Origin: Candidatus Krumholzibacteriia bacterium
GTDB taxonomy: Bacteria; Krumholzibacteriota; Krumholzibacteriia; LZORAL124-64-63
Reading direction: 5' to 3'
Assembly: GCA_050174015.1 (NCBI GenBank)
Contig: JBFXKG010000007.1
Location: 96,001 to 160,000 of the forward strand
DNA: 64,000 bases
A model generated the notes under the pieces. The model was not told the origin of the DNA and searched no databases. It saw nothing but the letters and a program-made list of their open reading frames with translations. The translations under genes were made by a program, and so were the position numbers. Below, one piece after another: positions 44,698-54,681 of the stretch (its first letter is position 1; each line of letters starts with the position of its first letter).

Positions 44698-46341
44698 ATG
44701 CGAGTCTGCACATCCGCCCAGATGGCGGCGATCGACCGGGAGACCATCGAAGGAGGCGTGTCGGGCCTGGAGCTCATGGAGCGCGCGGGCGGGGCCATGA
44801 CGGAGGTCCTGCTCGACTTCCTCGCGGACGAGGACCTGGACGGCGGGGCCTTGGTCCTCGTCGGCAAGGGCAACAACGGGGGCGACGGCCTGGTCGTCGC
44901 CCGGCTGCTGGAGGGCGAGGGCCTGGACGTGACGGTCATGCTGCTGGCCCGCCCCGGGGATTTGCAGCCGGATGCGGGCGCCAACTTCAAGCGCCTGCCC
45001 CGGTCGGTCGAGGTCGTGATGGTGGAGCCGTCCGACTGGGCCGAGACCTTCGAGGAACTGAGCGAGGGGGCGTGCGTGGTGGTCGACGCCGTCTTCGGCA
45101 CCGGGGTGAAGCCCCCCCTGCGGGCCGAGTACGCGACCCTGTTCCGGGCGGTCAACGATGCGGGCATGCCCTGCGTCGCGCTGGACGTCCCGTCGGGGGT
45201 GTGCGGTGACGACGGCCGGGTGGATCCGGTGGCCGTGGCCTGCGACCTGACCATCACCGTGGGCCTGCCCAAGCTGGGTCTGCTGCAGGCTCCGGGGAGG
45301 GACTTCACCGGGGACATCGAGGTGGTGGACATCGGCTTCCCCGAGGAGGTCTGCAACCGGCACGCTCCGGACATCCACTACCTGGAGCGGGAGGATTACG
45401 CCGCGCTCCTGCCGGCGCGTCCCTCCTGGGCCCACAAGTATCGTTTCGGCAAGGCGCTGCTGGTCGCCGGTTCGCGGAGCTTCGGCGGCGCGGCCCACCT
45501 GGCGGCGCTGGGCGCCCTGCGTTCCGGCGCGGGCCTGGTCACCCTGGCGGCGCCCGATTGCCTGGAGATCGCCCTGCGCGGAGGCCTGCCCGAGGTGCTG
45601 CAGCGGCCTCTGCCCTGCACGGAAACGGGGACCATCGCCGCCCCGGGCGATGGGGCCTGGGCCGACCTGCTGGCGGGCCAGTCCGCCCTGGGGATCGGTC
45701 CCGGGCTGGACGCCGACGAGGCCACCGACGCCTGGCTGATCGGCGCGCTGGAAACCTGTCCCCTGCCCCTGGTGGTCGACGCGGACGCCCTGGGGGCCTT
45801 CGCGCGATGTGAGATCCGACCCCGCTTCGCCCACGGCCATGTGATCATGACCCCGCATCCGGGCGAGTTTTCGCGTCTTTGGGGGCTGCCGGTCGTAGAG
45901 GTCCAGGCCAGACGATTCGAGCTGGCGGCCCAGGCCGCCGCCGCCTGGAACGCGGTGGTCATGCTCAAGGGGAGCCCCACGGTCATCGCCGCTCCGGACG
46001 GCAGGGTGTTCATCAATCCCAGCGGCGACGATGCCCTGGCGAGGGGCGGGTCGGGGGACGTCCTGACCGGCCTGCTCGCCGGTCTGCTGGCCCAGGGCAT
46101 GCCCGCCCTGGCTGCCGCCCTGCTGGGGGCCTACGTGCACGGTCTGGCCGGCAGCCTGGCGGCGACGGAGGCGGGTTCGCGCTCGGTCCTGGTCCGGGAG
46201 GCCGCGGCGGCCCTGGGCCCGGTCCTGCTGGGCCTGGAGAAGACCGCGAGCGTCCACGGCGGCCTGCGCGAGGCCATCTGGCCCGTGTCGGAATCCGGGG
46301 ATTCCGGAGGGGCCGGCGGCGGGGACGGGGAGGGGTCGTGA
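44698..46341 (+). CDS. nnr: Bifunctional NAD(P)H-hydrate epimerase/dehydratase (YjeF)
   Basis: LMERAG, GKGNNGGDG, DAVFGTG, DVPSG, HKYRFG, ALRSGAGLV, IGPGL, VDADAL, TPHPGEF, GGSGDVLTG. Confidence 0.95.
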   Translation: MRVCTSAQMAAIDRETIEGGVSGLELMERAGGAMTEVLLDFLADEDLDGGALVLVGKGNNGGDGLVVARLLEGEGLDVTVMLLARPGDLQPDAGANFKRLPRSVEVVMVEPSDWAETFEELSEGACVVVDAVFGTGVKPPLRAEYATLFRAVNDAGMPCVALDVPSGVCGDDGRVDPVAVACDLTITVGLPKLGLLQAPGRDFTGDIEVVDIGFPEEVCNRHAPDIHYLEREDYAALLPARPSWAHKYRFGKALLVAGSRSFGGAAHLAALGALRSGAGLVTLAAPDCLEIALRGGLPEVLQRPLPCTETGTIAAPGDGAWADLLAGQSALGIGPGLDADEATDAWLIGALETCPLPLVVDADALGAFARCEIRPRFAHGHVIMTPHPGEFSRLWGLPVVEVQARRFELAAQAAAAWNAVVMLKGSPTVIAAPDGRVFINPSGDDALARGGSGDVLTGLLAGLLAQGMPALAAALLGAYVHGLAGSLAATEAGSRSVLVREAAAALGPVLLGLEKTASVHGGLREAIWPVSESGDSGGAGGGDGEGS

Positions 46342-47348
46342 AGGTCCTGGGCATCGAGACATCCTGCGACGACACCAGCGTCGCCCTGTTCGACAGCGAC
46401 CGGGGGGTGACCGCCAACCTCGTTTCCAGCCAGGTCGACCTGCACGGCCGCTTCGGGGGGGTGGTGCCCGAACTCGCCTCGCGGGCGCACCTGGTGAACC
46501 TGTTGCCCCTGGTCGACGTGCTCCTGAAGGACCAGGACCTGGAACTCCGGGATCTGGACGGGGTCGCGGTCACCGCGGGTCCCGGCCTCATCGGCGCCCT
46601 GCTGGTGGGGCTGTCCACCGGCAAGGCCCTGTGCATGGCGGCGGACCTGCCGCTGGTCGGCGTCCATCACATCGAGGGGCACATCCTGGCCAACGGCCTG
46701 ACCGGGGAGATGGTGACGCCTGCGGTGGTCCTGGTGGTTTCGGGCGGGCACACCGAGGTCGTCCACATGCCCGGGATCGGGCGGTACGAGCGGATGGGCG
46801 CCACGCTGGACGACGCCGCGGGAGAGGCCTTCGACAAGACCGCCAAGCTGCTGGGCCTGCCCTACCCAGGGGGCCCTCCCATCGATCGTCTGGCCGGGCA
46901 AGGTATCCCGGGCCGGTTCTCCTTTCCCCGGCCCCTGCACCAGGATCCGCGCATCGTCTTCAGCTTCAGCGGTCTGAAGACCGCGGTGGGGCAGACCGTG
47001 GCCGCGCTGCCCAGGCCGCTGTCCGAGCAGGATGTCGCCGACGTCTGCTGCGAGCTGCAGAGCGCCATCGTGGACTGCCTCTGCCGGCGGTTGTTCCAGG
47101 CCGCCCGGCGCAAGCGGGTCAAGGCCGTCTACCTCGCCGGGGGCGTCGCCGCCAACGGAGGACTGCGGCGGGAGGTGGCCCGCCTGGCGGAGGCGCGGGG
47201 CTTGCATTTCGTCCCCCCCCAGCCCGTCTATTGCACGGACAATGCGGCGATGATCGCCTATGCCGGGTTCCACCACCTGCAGGCCGGCCGCCGCGACGGG
47301 CTGGACCTGGATAGTTTCGCCCGGGCGCCCCTCGCTTCCTGGCGTTGA
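46338..47348 (+). CDS. tsaD: tRNA N6-adenosine threonylcarbamoyltransferase TsaD
   Basis: LGIETSCDDT, GGVVPELASRAH, HHIEGH, VSGGHT, DDAAGEAFDK, SFSGLKT, GGVAAN, CTDNAAMI; GTG start 46338. Confidence 0.97.
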   Translation: MKVLGIETSCDDTSVALFDSDRGVTANLVSSQVDLHGRFGGVVPELASRAHLVNLLPLVDVLLKDQDLELRDLDGVAVTAGPGLIGALLVGLSTGKALCMAADLPLVGVHHIEGHILANGLTGEMVTPAVVLVVSGGHTEVVHMPGIGRYERMGATLDDAAGEAFDKTAKLLGLPYPGGPPIDRLAGQGIPGRFSFPRPLHQDPRIVFSFSGLKTAVGQTVAALPRPLSEQDVADVCCELQSAIVDCLCRRLFQAARRKRVKAVYLAGGVAANGGLRREVARLAEARGLHFVPPQPVYCTDNAAMIAYAGFHHLQAGRRDGLDLDSFARAPLASWR

Positions 47349-47421
47349 GCCGGTCCGGACCGGCCCCTTCCCGCCTTTGACCGAAACTGTCCCCTTTTTG
47401 TGACACGACCCCCTCTCCCCA

Positions 47422-47437
47422 TGGCACGGACCTTGCG
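47422..47437 (+). promoter_or_regulatory. Putative sigma54 (-24/-12) promoter
   Basis: TGGCACG-GACC-TTGCG, near-consensus, about 70 nt upstream of 47506. Confidence 0.65.
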
Positions 47438-47505
47438 GCAATCCGCCCGATGCGGGTGTCAGGGAGGGATCCGCATGCCGAACTCGTCCACTGAAAAGGA
47501 AAGAA

Positions 47506-48492
47506 ATGTCAGGAAAGGCGCGCATCCTGGTGGCGGATGATGATCCCCATATCCGGAGGATTCTGCGGTATTTGCTGGAACAGGACGGCTTCGAGGTCAA
47601 GGTCGCCGCGGACGGCGACGAGGCCTGGAAGGCGGTCGCAGCCTTCCAGCCGGACCTGGTCCTGCTGGACCTGATGATGCCGCAGATGGATGGTTTTTCC
47701 GTCCTGGAGATCATTCGTGCCGGTTTCGAGACCGCCAGGCTGCCGGTCATCCTCCTGACGGCCAAAGGGGAGGTGTCGGACCGGGTCCGCGGTCTGCGGG
47801 GAGGGGCCAACGACTACATCGTCAAGCCCTTCCAGCCCGAGGAACTGCTGCTGCGGGTGTCCAACCTGCTGGAGACCACCCGCCGCGAGCGGGAGGCCAA
47901 TCCCCTGACGGGCCTGCCCGGAAACCGGGCGATCGAGCGCGAGATCGAGCGCCGGATCGCCAGCGGCCGGAACTTCGCCTTCATGTACATCGACATCGAC
48001 CGGTTCAAGAGCTTCAACGACCACTACGGCTATTCGCGGGGGGACCGGGCCATCTCCTTCCTGGCCGGGGTCCTGGTCGGCTGCGTCCAGAAGTACGGAA
48101 ACGCGGGGGACTTCGTGGGCCACGTCGGGGGGGACGATTTCGTCGTCGCCACGGAATCCGCCACGGCGCCGGATCTCGCGCGGCGCCTCATCGAGGACTT
48201 CGACGCGGGCTCGGGGGACCTCCATGATCCCGAGGATCTGGCCCGGGGCTACCTGGAAGTGAAGAACCGCGCCGGGGAATTCACGCAATTCCCCCTGATC
48301 AGCCTGACGGTGGCCCTGATCGAGAACATCGCGGGGCGATTCGAGCATCCGGCCGAGCTGAGCGACACGCTCGCCGAGCTGAAACAGTACGGAAAGACCA
48401 TGGTCCACAGCGTGGTGGTCCGGGAACGCCGCGGGAGCACCGGCGCGGCCGACCGGTTCGACCTGACCACGTCGGGGAAAAACCATACCTGA
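47506..48492 (+). CDS. Response regulator with GGDEF (GGDDF) diguanylate cyclase domain
   Basis: REC (VADDD, LLDLMMP, LTAK, KPF) plus NPLTGLPGN, DIDRFKSFNDHYGY..GD, GHVGGDDF. Confidence 0.92.
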   Translation: MSGKARILVADDDPHIRRILRYLLEQDGFEVKVAADGDEAWKAVAAFQPDLVLLDLMMPQMDGFSVLEIIRAGFETARLPVILLTAKGEVSDRVRGLRGGANDYIVKPFQPEELLLRVSNLLETTRREREANPLTGLPGNRAIEREIERRIASGRNFAFMYIDIDRFKSFNDHYGYSRGDRAISFLAGVLVGCVQKYGNAGDFVGHVGGDDFVVATESATAPDLARRLIEDFDAGSGDLHDPEDLARGYLEVKNRAGEFTQFPLISLTVALIENIAGRFEHPAELSDTLAELKQYGKTMVHSVVVRERRGSTGAADRFDLTTSGKNHT

Positions 48493-48499
48493 GCGGAAG

Positions 48500-50911
48500 G
48501 TGTCCATGTCCTACCGAGGTCTTCCGGGGAACGGGGTGTGCGGGGACTGCGACCAGGTGTCGGCGGTCCTCAAGCTGATCTCCCGGACCCGGAAACTCCC
48601 CGTCATTCCCGAACTAGCCCTCGGCATCCTCGACGTCTACGGGCGGCTGGACGGCGTCCGGGAGGCGGCCGTGTTCCTGGATCCCCAGGTCGCGGCCACC
48701 CTGGACCCGGGCTGCGGCCGCCGCTCCCAGTACCTGGCGGTCCTGGGGCCCGGGCAGGGCGAACCGGCCTGGATCAGCGCCCCGTCCGCCTGGAGGCGCC
48801 GGGCGTTCGCGGCCCTCGGGCGGGACGGAGCCGGGATCCCGGCCGAGGGCAGGGGTCCCTGGGAGGATGTCGTCCCCTGGCCGTCGGCGACCTGGTCGGA
48901 CCAGGACGCCTGGCTGGGATTGAACCTTGACCTCCACGGGGATCCGGTGCTGGGCCTGCTGCTGGTCATCGGCGCGGCCGAGTGGCCGGCGGCCGGGGGA
49001 CCGGCCCGCAGCCGGCTCGTCCAGCTCAAGGACGTCATGGAGCCGGTCCTGGCCATCTGGTCGGAGGCGTCCTCCCTGCGGTCGCGGCTGCGCCAGGCCG
49101 CCACCGAGACGCGGGCCCTCAGCCGCATCAACCAGCTCCAGGGGCGCTTCGTGGCCATGGCCACCCACGAGTTCAAGACCCCGCTGACCTCCATCACCGC
49201 CTACGCCGACGTCCTCATGGGCCAGATCACCGACGAGCAGTTCCCCCACGCCACCGAGTTCCTGGACGTGATCCGCACCGAGGCCGGCCGCCTGCTGCGC
49301 ATGGTCAACCGGATCCTGGATTTCAGCAGGCTGGAGTACGGATCGAACCTGCTGGACATGCGCCTGCTCGACCTGGAGCCCATGGTCCGCGAGACCGTCC
49401 GCTCCCTGCATCCGGCCATCCAGGAAAAGCACCAGTCGGTGACGGTGGCCGCCCCGCGCCGCCTGCCCCGGGTGGAAGGTGACGCGGACCTGATCCGCCA
49501 GGTGCTGGTCAACCTCGTCGGCAACGCCGTGAAGTACACCCCGGACCGGGGCCGCATCGCCGTCGATCTGGCCGAGCTGGAGGCGGCCGTCTCGGTCAAG
49601 GTGCTGGACGACGGGCCGGGCATCGACCCGCAGGACATGAAGCGCATCTTCCGGGAGTTCTTCCGCGCGGGAGGCGCCGCGGGCAAGCAGGACGGGACGG
49701 GTCTGGGCCTGGCCATCGCCAGGCACATCGTCCACATCCACGGCGGGACCATCTCGGTCCAGCCCCGGGCCGGAGGAGGGTCGGACTTCACCTTCCTGCT
49801 GCCGAAGGCGGCGGACGTCTGGGCGCCCCTGCCGGGCTACCTCGCCAAGGGGAACGATCCGGCCGGAGCCCGCATGCTCCTGGTCCACCTGATGCGCCTG
49901 CTGGCCGAACTTTCGGGGTCCCGGGCAGCCGTCCTGCTGGTCCGCGACGGCGAAGGCGGGCTGCTGCCCGTCTGCGGGATGGGCCTGGATCCCGGGTTGC
50001 CCGAGCCGGCGGGGTTCCTCGAGGCCCGCGCCTGGTCCGGATTCCTGGAGACGGGGCTGATGCTCCAGGCCGGGCCCGAGGCGCACAGCCTGTTGCTGAG
50101 CCTGCCCGGCCTGGCCGAGGACCTGGACCGGGGCGGGGACTGGGTGATGGCTCCGGTGGCGCGCCAGAACAAGGTGCTGGGGGCGGTCCTGCTGGGCAAG
50201 CGGCGCCGGCCGGGCCCCCTGGATGCGGCCGACGCCGAGCAGATCCAGGTCCTGGTCGACCTCGCCCACACCGCCCTGTCCCGGATGGACCACGAGCCGG
50301 CGAAGCTGGCCGAGGCGATGCGGGCGTTGATCCAGACGCGCCGGGAAGGCATCCCGACGGCAACCGCCGGATCCCTGCAGCTGGTGCGCAGGCTGGCCCG
50401 AAGGCTGGGATTGACGCGGCGGAACCTGGCCTCCCTGCAGATCGCGGCCGCCCTCCACGACGTCGGGATGGCGAGGGTGGAGGATGACATCAGGCTGGGC
50501 GAGGGGCGCCTGAGCTGGGACGAGAAGGACGCCGTCGACGGCCACGTGGACCTCGGCCTGGATCTCGTGCGGCCCCTGATCCCCGACCACGCGGTCGAGA
50601 CCATCATCCGCCACCACCACGAGAGGGTGGACGGCAACGGCTACCCCGAAGGGCTGAAGGGCGAGGCCATCCCCCTGGGGTCGCGCATCCTGGCGGTGGT
50701 CGACGCCTGGTTCAGCCTGACGACGGACCGGCCCTACCGGCGCGCGCTGGTCCCCGGGGAGGCCCTCCAGGAGATCCGGAGCCACGCCGGCGCCCAGTTC
50801 GATCCGGCCGTGGTGGAGGCGTTCGTCGCCCTGATGGAGGGAGCGGAGGATCTGGCCGCCGGAGCGCGGTCGGGAACGGGAACCGATCCGCAGGACAAGG
50901 AGCAGACATGA
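48500..50911 (+). CDS. Histidine kinase - GAF - HD-GYP fusion protein
   Basis: THEFKTPLTSI, NLVGNAVKY, DDGPG, GTGLGLAI; then LHDVGM, HHHERVDGNGYP, IPLGSRILAVVDA, RPYR. Confidence 0.88.
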   Translation: MSMSYRGLPGNGVCGDCDQVSAVLKLISRTRKLPVIPELALGILDVYGRLDGVREAAVFLDPQVAATLDPGCGRRSQYLAVLGPGQGEPAWISAPSAWRRRAFAALGRDGAGIPAEGRGPWEDVVPWPSATWSDQDAWLGLNLDLHGDPVLGLLLVIGAAEWPAAGGPARSRLVQLKDVMEPVLAIWSEASSLRSRLRQAATETRALSRINQLQGRFVAMATHEFKTPLTSITAYADVLMGQITDEQFPHATEFLDVIRTEAGRLLRMVNRILDFSRLEYGSNLLDMRLLDLEPMVRETVRSLHPAIQEKHQSVTVAAPRRLPRVEGDADLIRQVLVNLVGNAVKYTPDRGRIAVDLAELEAAVSVKVLDDGPGIDPQDMKRIFREFFRAGGAAGKQDGTGLGLAIARHIVHIHGGTISVQPRAGGGSDFTFLLPKAADVWAPLPGYLAKGNDPAGARMLLVHLMRLLAELSGSRAAVLLVRDGEGGLLPVCGMGLDPGLPEPAGFLEARAWSGFLETGLMLQAGPEAHSLLLSLPGLAEDLDRGGDWVMAPVARQNKVLGAVLLGKRRRPGPLDAADAEQIQVLVDLAHTALSRMDHEPAKLAEAMRALIQTRREGIPTATAGSLQLVRRLARRLGLTRRNLASLQIAAALHDVGMARVEDDIRLGEGRLSWDEKDAVDGHVDLGLDLVRPLIPDHAVETIIRHHHERVDGNGYPEGLKGEAIPLGSRILAVVDAWFSLTTDRPYRRALVPGEALQEIRSHAGAQFDPAVVEAFVALMEGAEDLAAGARSGTGTDPQDKEQT

Positions 50912-51297
50912 TCGGAGCGGCACGCATTCTCATCGTCGATGACGAGAAACCCCTGGCCCTCCTGCTGACCCAGGCGTTCGAGCAGGACGGCCATCTGGTG
51001 ACCAGCGCGGCGGACGGGATCGACTGCATGAACAAGATGGCCTCCTTCCGCCCCGACGTGGTGATCATGGACATCATGATGCCCAAGCTCGACGGGGTCG
51101 ATACGACCCGCCTGATCCGACGCAACCGCAGCTACGCCGACACGATCATCGTGGCCCTGTCGGCCCGCAGCGACGAGAACACCCGGCAAAGGATGAAGGA
51201 CGCCGGGGCGAACATCTTCATGCGCAAGCCGTTCGCGGTGGCCAAGCTGGTGGACCGGGTGGCCCGGCTGCTGGAGTCCCGCTCCGGCAAGGCCTGA
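50908..51297 (+). CDS. Single-domain response regulator
   Basis: IVDDE, MDIMMPKLDG, LSA, RKPF. Confidence 0.9.
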   Translation: MIGAARILIVDDEKPLALLLTQAFEQDGHLVTSAADGIDCMNKMASFRPDVVIMDIMMPKLDGVDTTRLIRRNRSYADTIIVALSARSDENTRQRMKDAGANIFMRKPFAVAKLVDRVARLLESRSGKA

Positions 51298-51316
51298 TTC
51301 GGGGGGAAACGATCCG

Positions 51317-54061
51317 GTGACGCCCATCCTGGCTGCGACCCGACCCGAGACCATCCTGCAGGGAGCCCTGACCGGCGCCCTCGGGGCCGTTTCGGTGCCC
51401 GCCACGGTGGTGGTCCTGCTGGTGATCCTGACCGGGGTTTCGGTGTGGGGCGTCATGATGGCGCGGCGGGCCGCGACGACGCGCCGCTCGGGGGAGGCTA
51501 AGGTCTGGGCCCTGGAGCAGCAGCTGCAGGGATTGCGGGGACTGGCCGCCGACGCGGAGAGGGACCGCGAGGAGATGGCCGAGGTCCTCGGTCTGCAGAA
51601 GAGGAAGACCGAGGCCCTGCGCAGCCGCAGCCGGATCCTCGAGAAGATCCTGGCAATCAGCGCACGCTTCAACGCCACCCGGAACATGGGCGAACTGGTG
51701 GACAAGATCACCGCCGCCGTCGAGGAGGTCGGGGGATTCCGCAAGTCGGTCCTCTATCTCTGGTCGGACAAGACCCGGGCCTACGAGGCCAGGGGGTTCG
51801 CGGGGATCTCCAGCCTCAGCAAGTCCCAGCTGGCGGGGATGCAGGTGCCCGGCGAGGAGTTCGCCGAGCTGACCGACCCGCGTTTCCGCTACTCCAACTG
51901 CTTCCTGGTCCTCCAGGATTCCCGGGGGATCGGGGACGGCCTCTTCACCGATCTGGACGATTCCCCGGTCCCGGGGATCATGGCCCGGGACTGGTCTGCG
52001 GCCCACCTGCTGATCGCCCCGCTGACCACCTCCACCGGCGAGACCCTGGGTTACCTGAGCCTGGACGAGCCCGCCGACGGGCTCATTCCCGGGATGGTGG
52101 AGATCCGGCAGCTGGAGTTCCTGGTCTACCAGGCGACCATCGCATTGGAGTCGGCCGCGGTGTACGACCGCCTGGCGAGCAACAACGCCGAGCTCTCGCT
52201 GGCCTCGGAGAAGCTGAACAGCCTGGCCGACATGAAGACCAACTTCGTGGCCAACGTTTCCCACGAGCTGCGCACCCCCCTGACCTCGATCTCCGCCTAC
52301 GCCGAGCTGCTGCAGAGCCAGATGGGTTCGCTCTCGGAGGAGGCCCGCGGGGAGTTCCTCAAGGTCATCCACAACGAGAGCCTCAAGCTCACCGGGATCA
52401 TCAACGACATCCTGGACATCGGCGAGATGGAGAACGGGCGGCCCCGCCTGCACCGGGAGGAGGCCGACATCGTCTCGCTGGTCCGGCACCTCGAGGAGTC
52501 GTGGCGGAGCCGGGCCCTCGAGCGGGACATCACCCTCGAAGTCCGCGCAGGCGCCGAGAGCATCGTGCTGCCGGGCGACAAGACCCTGCTGAACCAGCTG
52601 CTGACCAAGCTGGTCGGCAACGCCTTCAAGTTCAACCGTGACGGGGGCCGGGTGACCATCACGGTCGAGGAGACCGGCACGGCGGTCCGCATGACGGTGG
52701 AGGACACTGGCATCGGCATCCCCGAGGACAAGCTGGGCCAGATCTTCGAGAGCTTCTACCAGGTGGACGGATCGGCCACCCGGGAACACAACGGGCAGGG
52801 GCTGGGCCTGGCCATCTGCCACGACATCGTCACCCATCACGACGGCCGCATCTGGGCCGAGAATCTCCAGCCCCAGGGGGCCCGGTTCACCGTTCTGCTG
52901 CCCCGGCGGCCGGCCGTCCTGCAGTCGATCCAGCCCGGGGACCGCTACGTCGCCCACCTGGATCCCGGCGAGTTCGTCCAGCGGATGATGCACTGGATCA
53001 GCGAATCCCTCGGCGCCCAGGTCGTGACCCTCATGCAGCCCGACGCGGGCGACGACTACCTGCAGATCAAGGCCGCCATCGGCCTGCCCGAATCGGTGGT
53101 CCAGAGCGCGCGCATCCGCAAGGGCTCGGGGGTGGCGGGCAAGGTCTGGGCCACGGGCAGGACCCTCCTGGTGGAGGACCTGACCAGCGATCAGCGGTTC
53201 CTGCACGAGATCAACGAACCGCGCTATTCCACGCCCTCGCTGCTGTGCGTGCCGCTGGTCAGGGACCGGGACCTGATCGGGGTCCTGGCGGTCAACAACC
53301 GTCAGGACGGCCGCCCCCTCGACGACGACGACCGCCTGCTGCTCGAGGCGATGGCGCCCCGTTTGACCAGGATGCTGACGGTCATGGACACCTGGCAGGG
53401 CAGCGCCCGCGAGTTCGCGGCCCTGGGCGAGACCCTGCGCTCGGTGACCCCGGTGGGACGGCCCGGCCGGGAAAGCATCCTCGACGTGTGCCGGGAGGCC
53501 TGTCTGGCCACGGCCCGGCGGCTGATGCTGCCGGACGAGGACCTGCAGCCCCTGGCCTTCACCCTGGAGTTCCACGACGTGGGCATGAGGGCGGTGCCGC
53601 CCCAGCTGCTCAACCGCCCCGGCCCGCTGGACGACCCGGCCCGCCTCCTGGTCCGGCAGCACGTGGAGGTGGGGCTGGAGATCCTGGCTCCCCTGGACCC
53701 CGGGCCCAGGACCCGGCAGCTGGTCCTCCACCACCACGAGAACTTCGACGGCAGCGGTTACCCCGCGGGTCTCGCAGGCGAGGCCATCCCCCTGGGGGCG
53801 AGGCTGCTGCGCCTGACCGACACCATGGCGGCCCTCCTGTGTCCCCGGCCCTGGCGTCCCGCCCTGTCGCTGGACGAAGCCCTGGCGGAAGTGCGCAAGG
53901 GCAGCGGAAGCGCCTATTGCCCCCGCCTGACCGAACCCTTCCTGAGGGAGATCGAGGAACGGCGGGACCGGATCCTTTCCCTGCAGGCCTTCGGGGATGA
54001 GGACATGGCCCTGCACCGCCCCGCTCTCGATCGGCGGGGAATGATCCCGGTCCGTCCCTGA
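51317..54061 (+). CDS. GAF - histidine kinase - GAF - HD-GYP fusion protein with N-terminal TM
   Basis: SHELRTPLTSI, KLVGNAFKF, DTGIGI, FYQVD, GQGLGLAI; GAF (GSGVAGKV...LCVPL...GVLAVNN); HDVGM, HHHENFDGSGYP, IPLGARLL. Confidence 0.88.
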   Translation: MTPILAATRPETILQGALTGALGAVSVPATVVVLLVILTGVSVWGVMMARRAATTRRSGEAKVWALEQQLQGLRGLAADAERDREEMAEVLGLQKRKTEALRSRSRILEKILAISARFNATRNMGELVDKITAAVEEVGGFRKSVLYLWSDKTRAYEARGFAGISSLSKSQLAGMQVPGEEFAELTDPRFRYSNCFLVLQDSRGIGDGLFTDLDDSPVPGIMARDWSAAHLLIAPLTTSTGETLGYLSLDEPADGLIPGMVEIRQLEFLVYQATIALESAAVYDRLASNNAELSLASEKLNSLADMKTNFVANVSHELRTPLTSISAYAELLQSQMGSLSEEARGEFLKVIHNESLKLTGIINDILDIGEMENGRPRLHREEADIVSLVRHLEESWRSRALERDITLEVRAGAESIVLPGDKTLLNQLLTKLVGNAFKFNRDGGRVTITVEETGTAVRMTVEDTGIGIPEDKLGQIFESFYQVDGSATREHNGQGLGLAICHDIVTHHDGRIWAENLQPQGARFTVLLPRRPAVLQSIQPGDRYVAHLDPGEFVQRMMHWISESLGAQVVTLMQPDAGDDYLQIKAAIGLPESVVQSARIRKGSGVAGKVWATGRTLLVEDLTSDQRFLHEINEPRYSTPSLLCVPLVRDRDLIGVLAVNNRQDGRPLDDDDRLLLEAMAPRLTRMLTVMDTWQGSAREFAALGETLRSVTPVGRPGRESILDVCREACLATARRLMLPDEDLQPLAFTLEFHDVGMRAVPPQLLNRPGPLDDPARLLVRQHVEVGLEILAPLDPGPRTRQLVLHHHENFDGSGYPAGLAGEAIPLGARLLRLTDTMAALLCPRPWRPALSLDEALAEVRKGSGSAYCPRLTEPFLREIEERRDRILSLQAFGDEDMALHRPALDRRGMIPVRP

Positions 54062-54143
54062 GCCGAGACGAAATCCGTCAACCCCCTGCCGCTTTTGCCG
54101 ATAGGATGGACGACCCGGAAGGACACCCCCAAGGAGGAGACCC

Positions 54144-54515
54144 ATGCGCAGGGTGCTGATCGCCGACGACGAGCTCAATATCCGCAACATCCTGGAATTC
54201 AGCCTGAACGCCGAGGGTTTCGACGTCATCGTCGCGGAGAACGGGCAGGACGCCATCGATCTGGCCCGCACCGAGGCGCCCGATCTGATCATTCTCGACG
54301 TGATGATGCCCGGCCTCAGCGGCATCGACACCTGCGCCCGCCTCAAGCGGGAGAGCGTGACCGCCCAGATCCCGGTCATCCTGTTGACGGCGAAGTCCCA
54401 CCGGGAGGACCGCGAAGCCGGCCTGGCGGTGGGCGCCGACCAGTACATCACCAAGCCGTTCAGTCCGCACACGGTCATCGCGGCGGTCTCGGGCCTGCTG
54501 GGCGTGGCGCGCTGA
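54144..54515 (+). CDS. Single-domain response regulator
   Basis: AAGGAGG SD; IADDE, LDVMMPG, LTAK, TKPFSP. Confidence 0.92.
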   Translation: MRRVLIADDELNIRNILEFSLNAEGFDVIVAENGQDAIDLARTEAPDLIILDVMMPGLSGIDTCARLKRESVTAQIPVILLTAKSHREDREAGLAVGADQYITKPFSPHTVIAAVSGLLGVAR

Positions 54516-54681
54516 CGCCCGGGAGCGACGGCCGGCCCGGCCGCCGTCACCGGGGATGGACGCATTCCCCGCCTCCGCTTACTATGCCTCCCGACCACCT
54601 CGGCCAGGATCAGCCGGCCCGCAGCGGGACTGCGTGCCGGCTGATCCCGGTCCGGCCCTGCGGCCGTCTCCGGGAGAAGGC

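Noticed and set aside
47506..48492. Possible Hypr/GacA-type cGAMP synthase, which would fit Geobacter-style omcS regulation
   Set aside because: The specificity position reads NDHYGYSRGD, with the canonical Asp rather than the Ser/Thr of Hypr GGDEFs, so c-di-GMP is the expected product.
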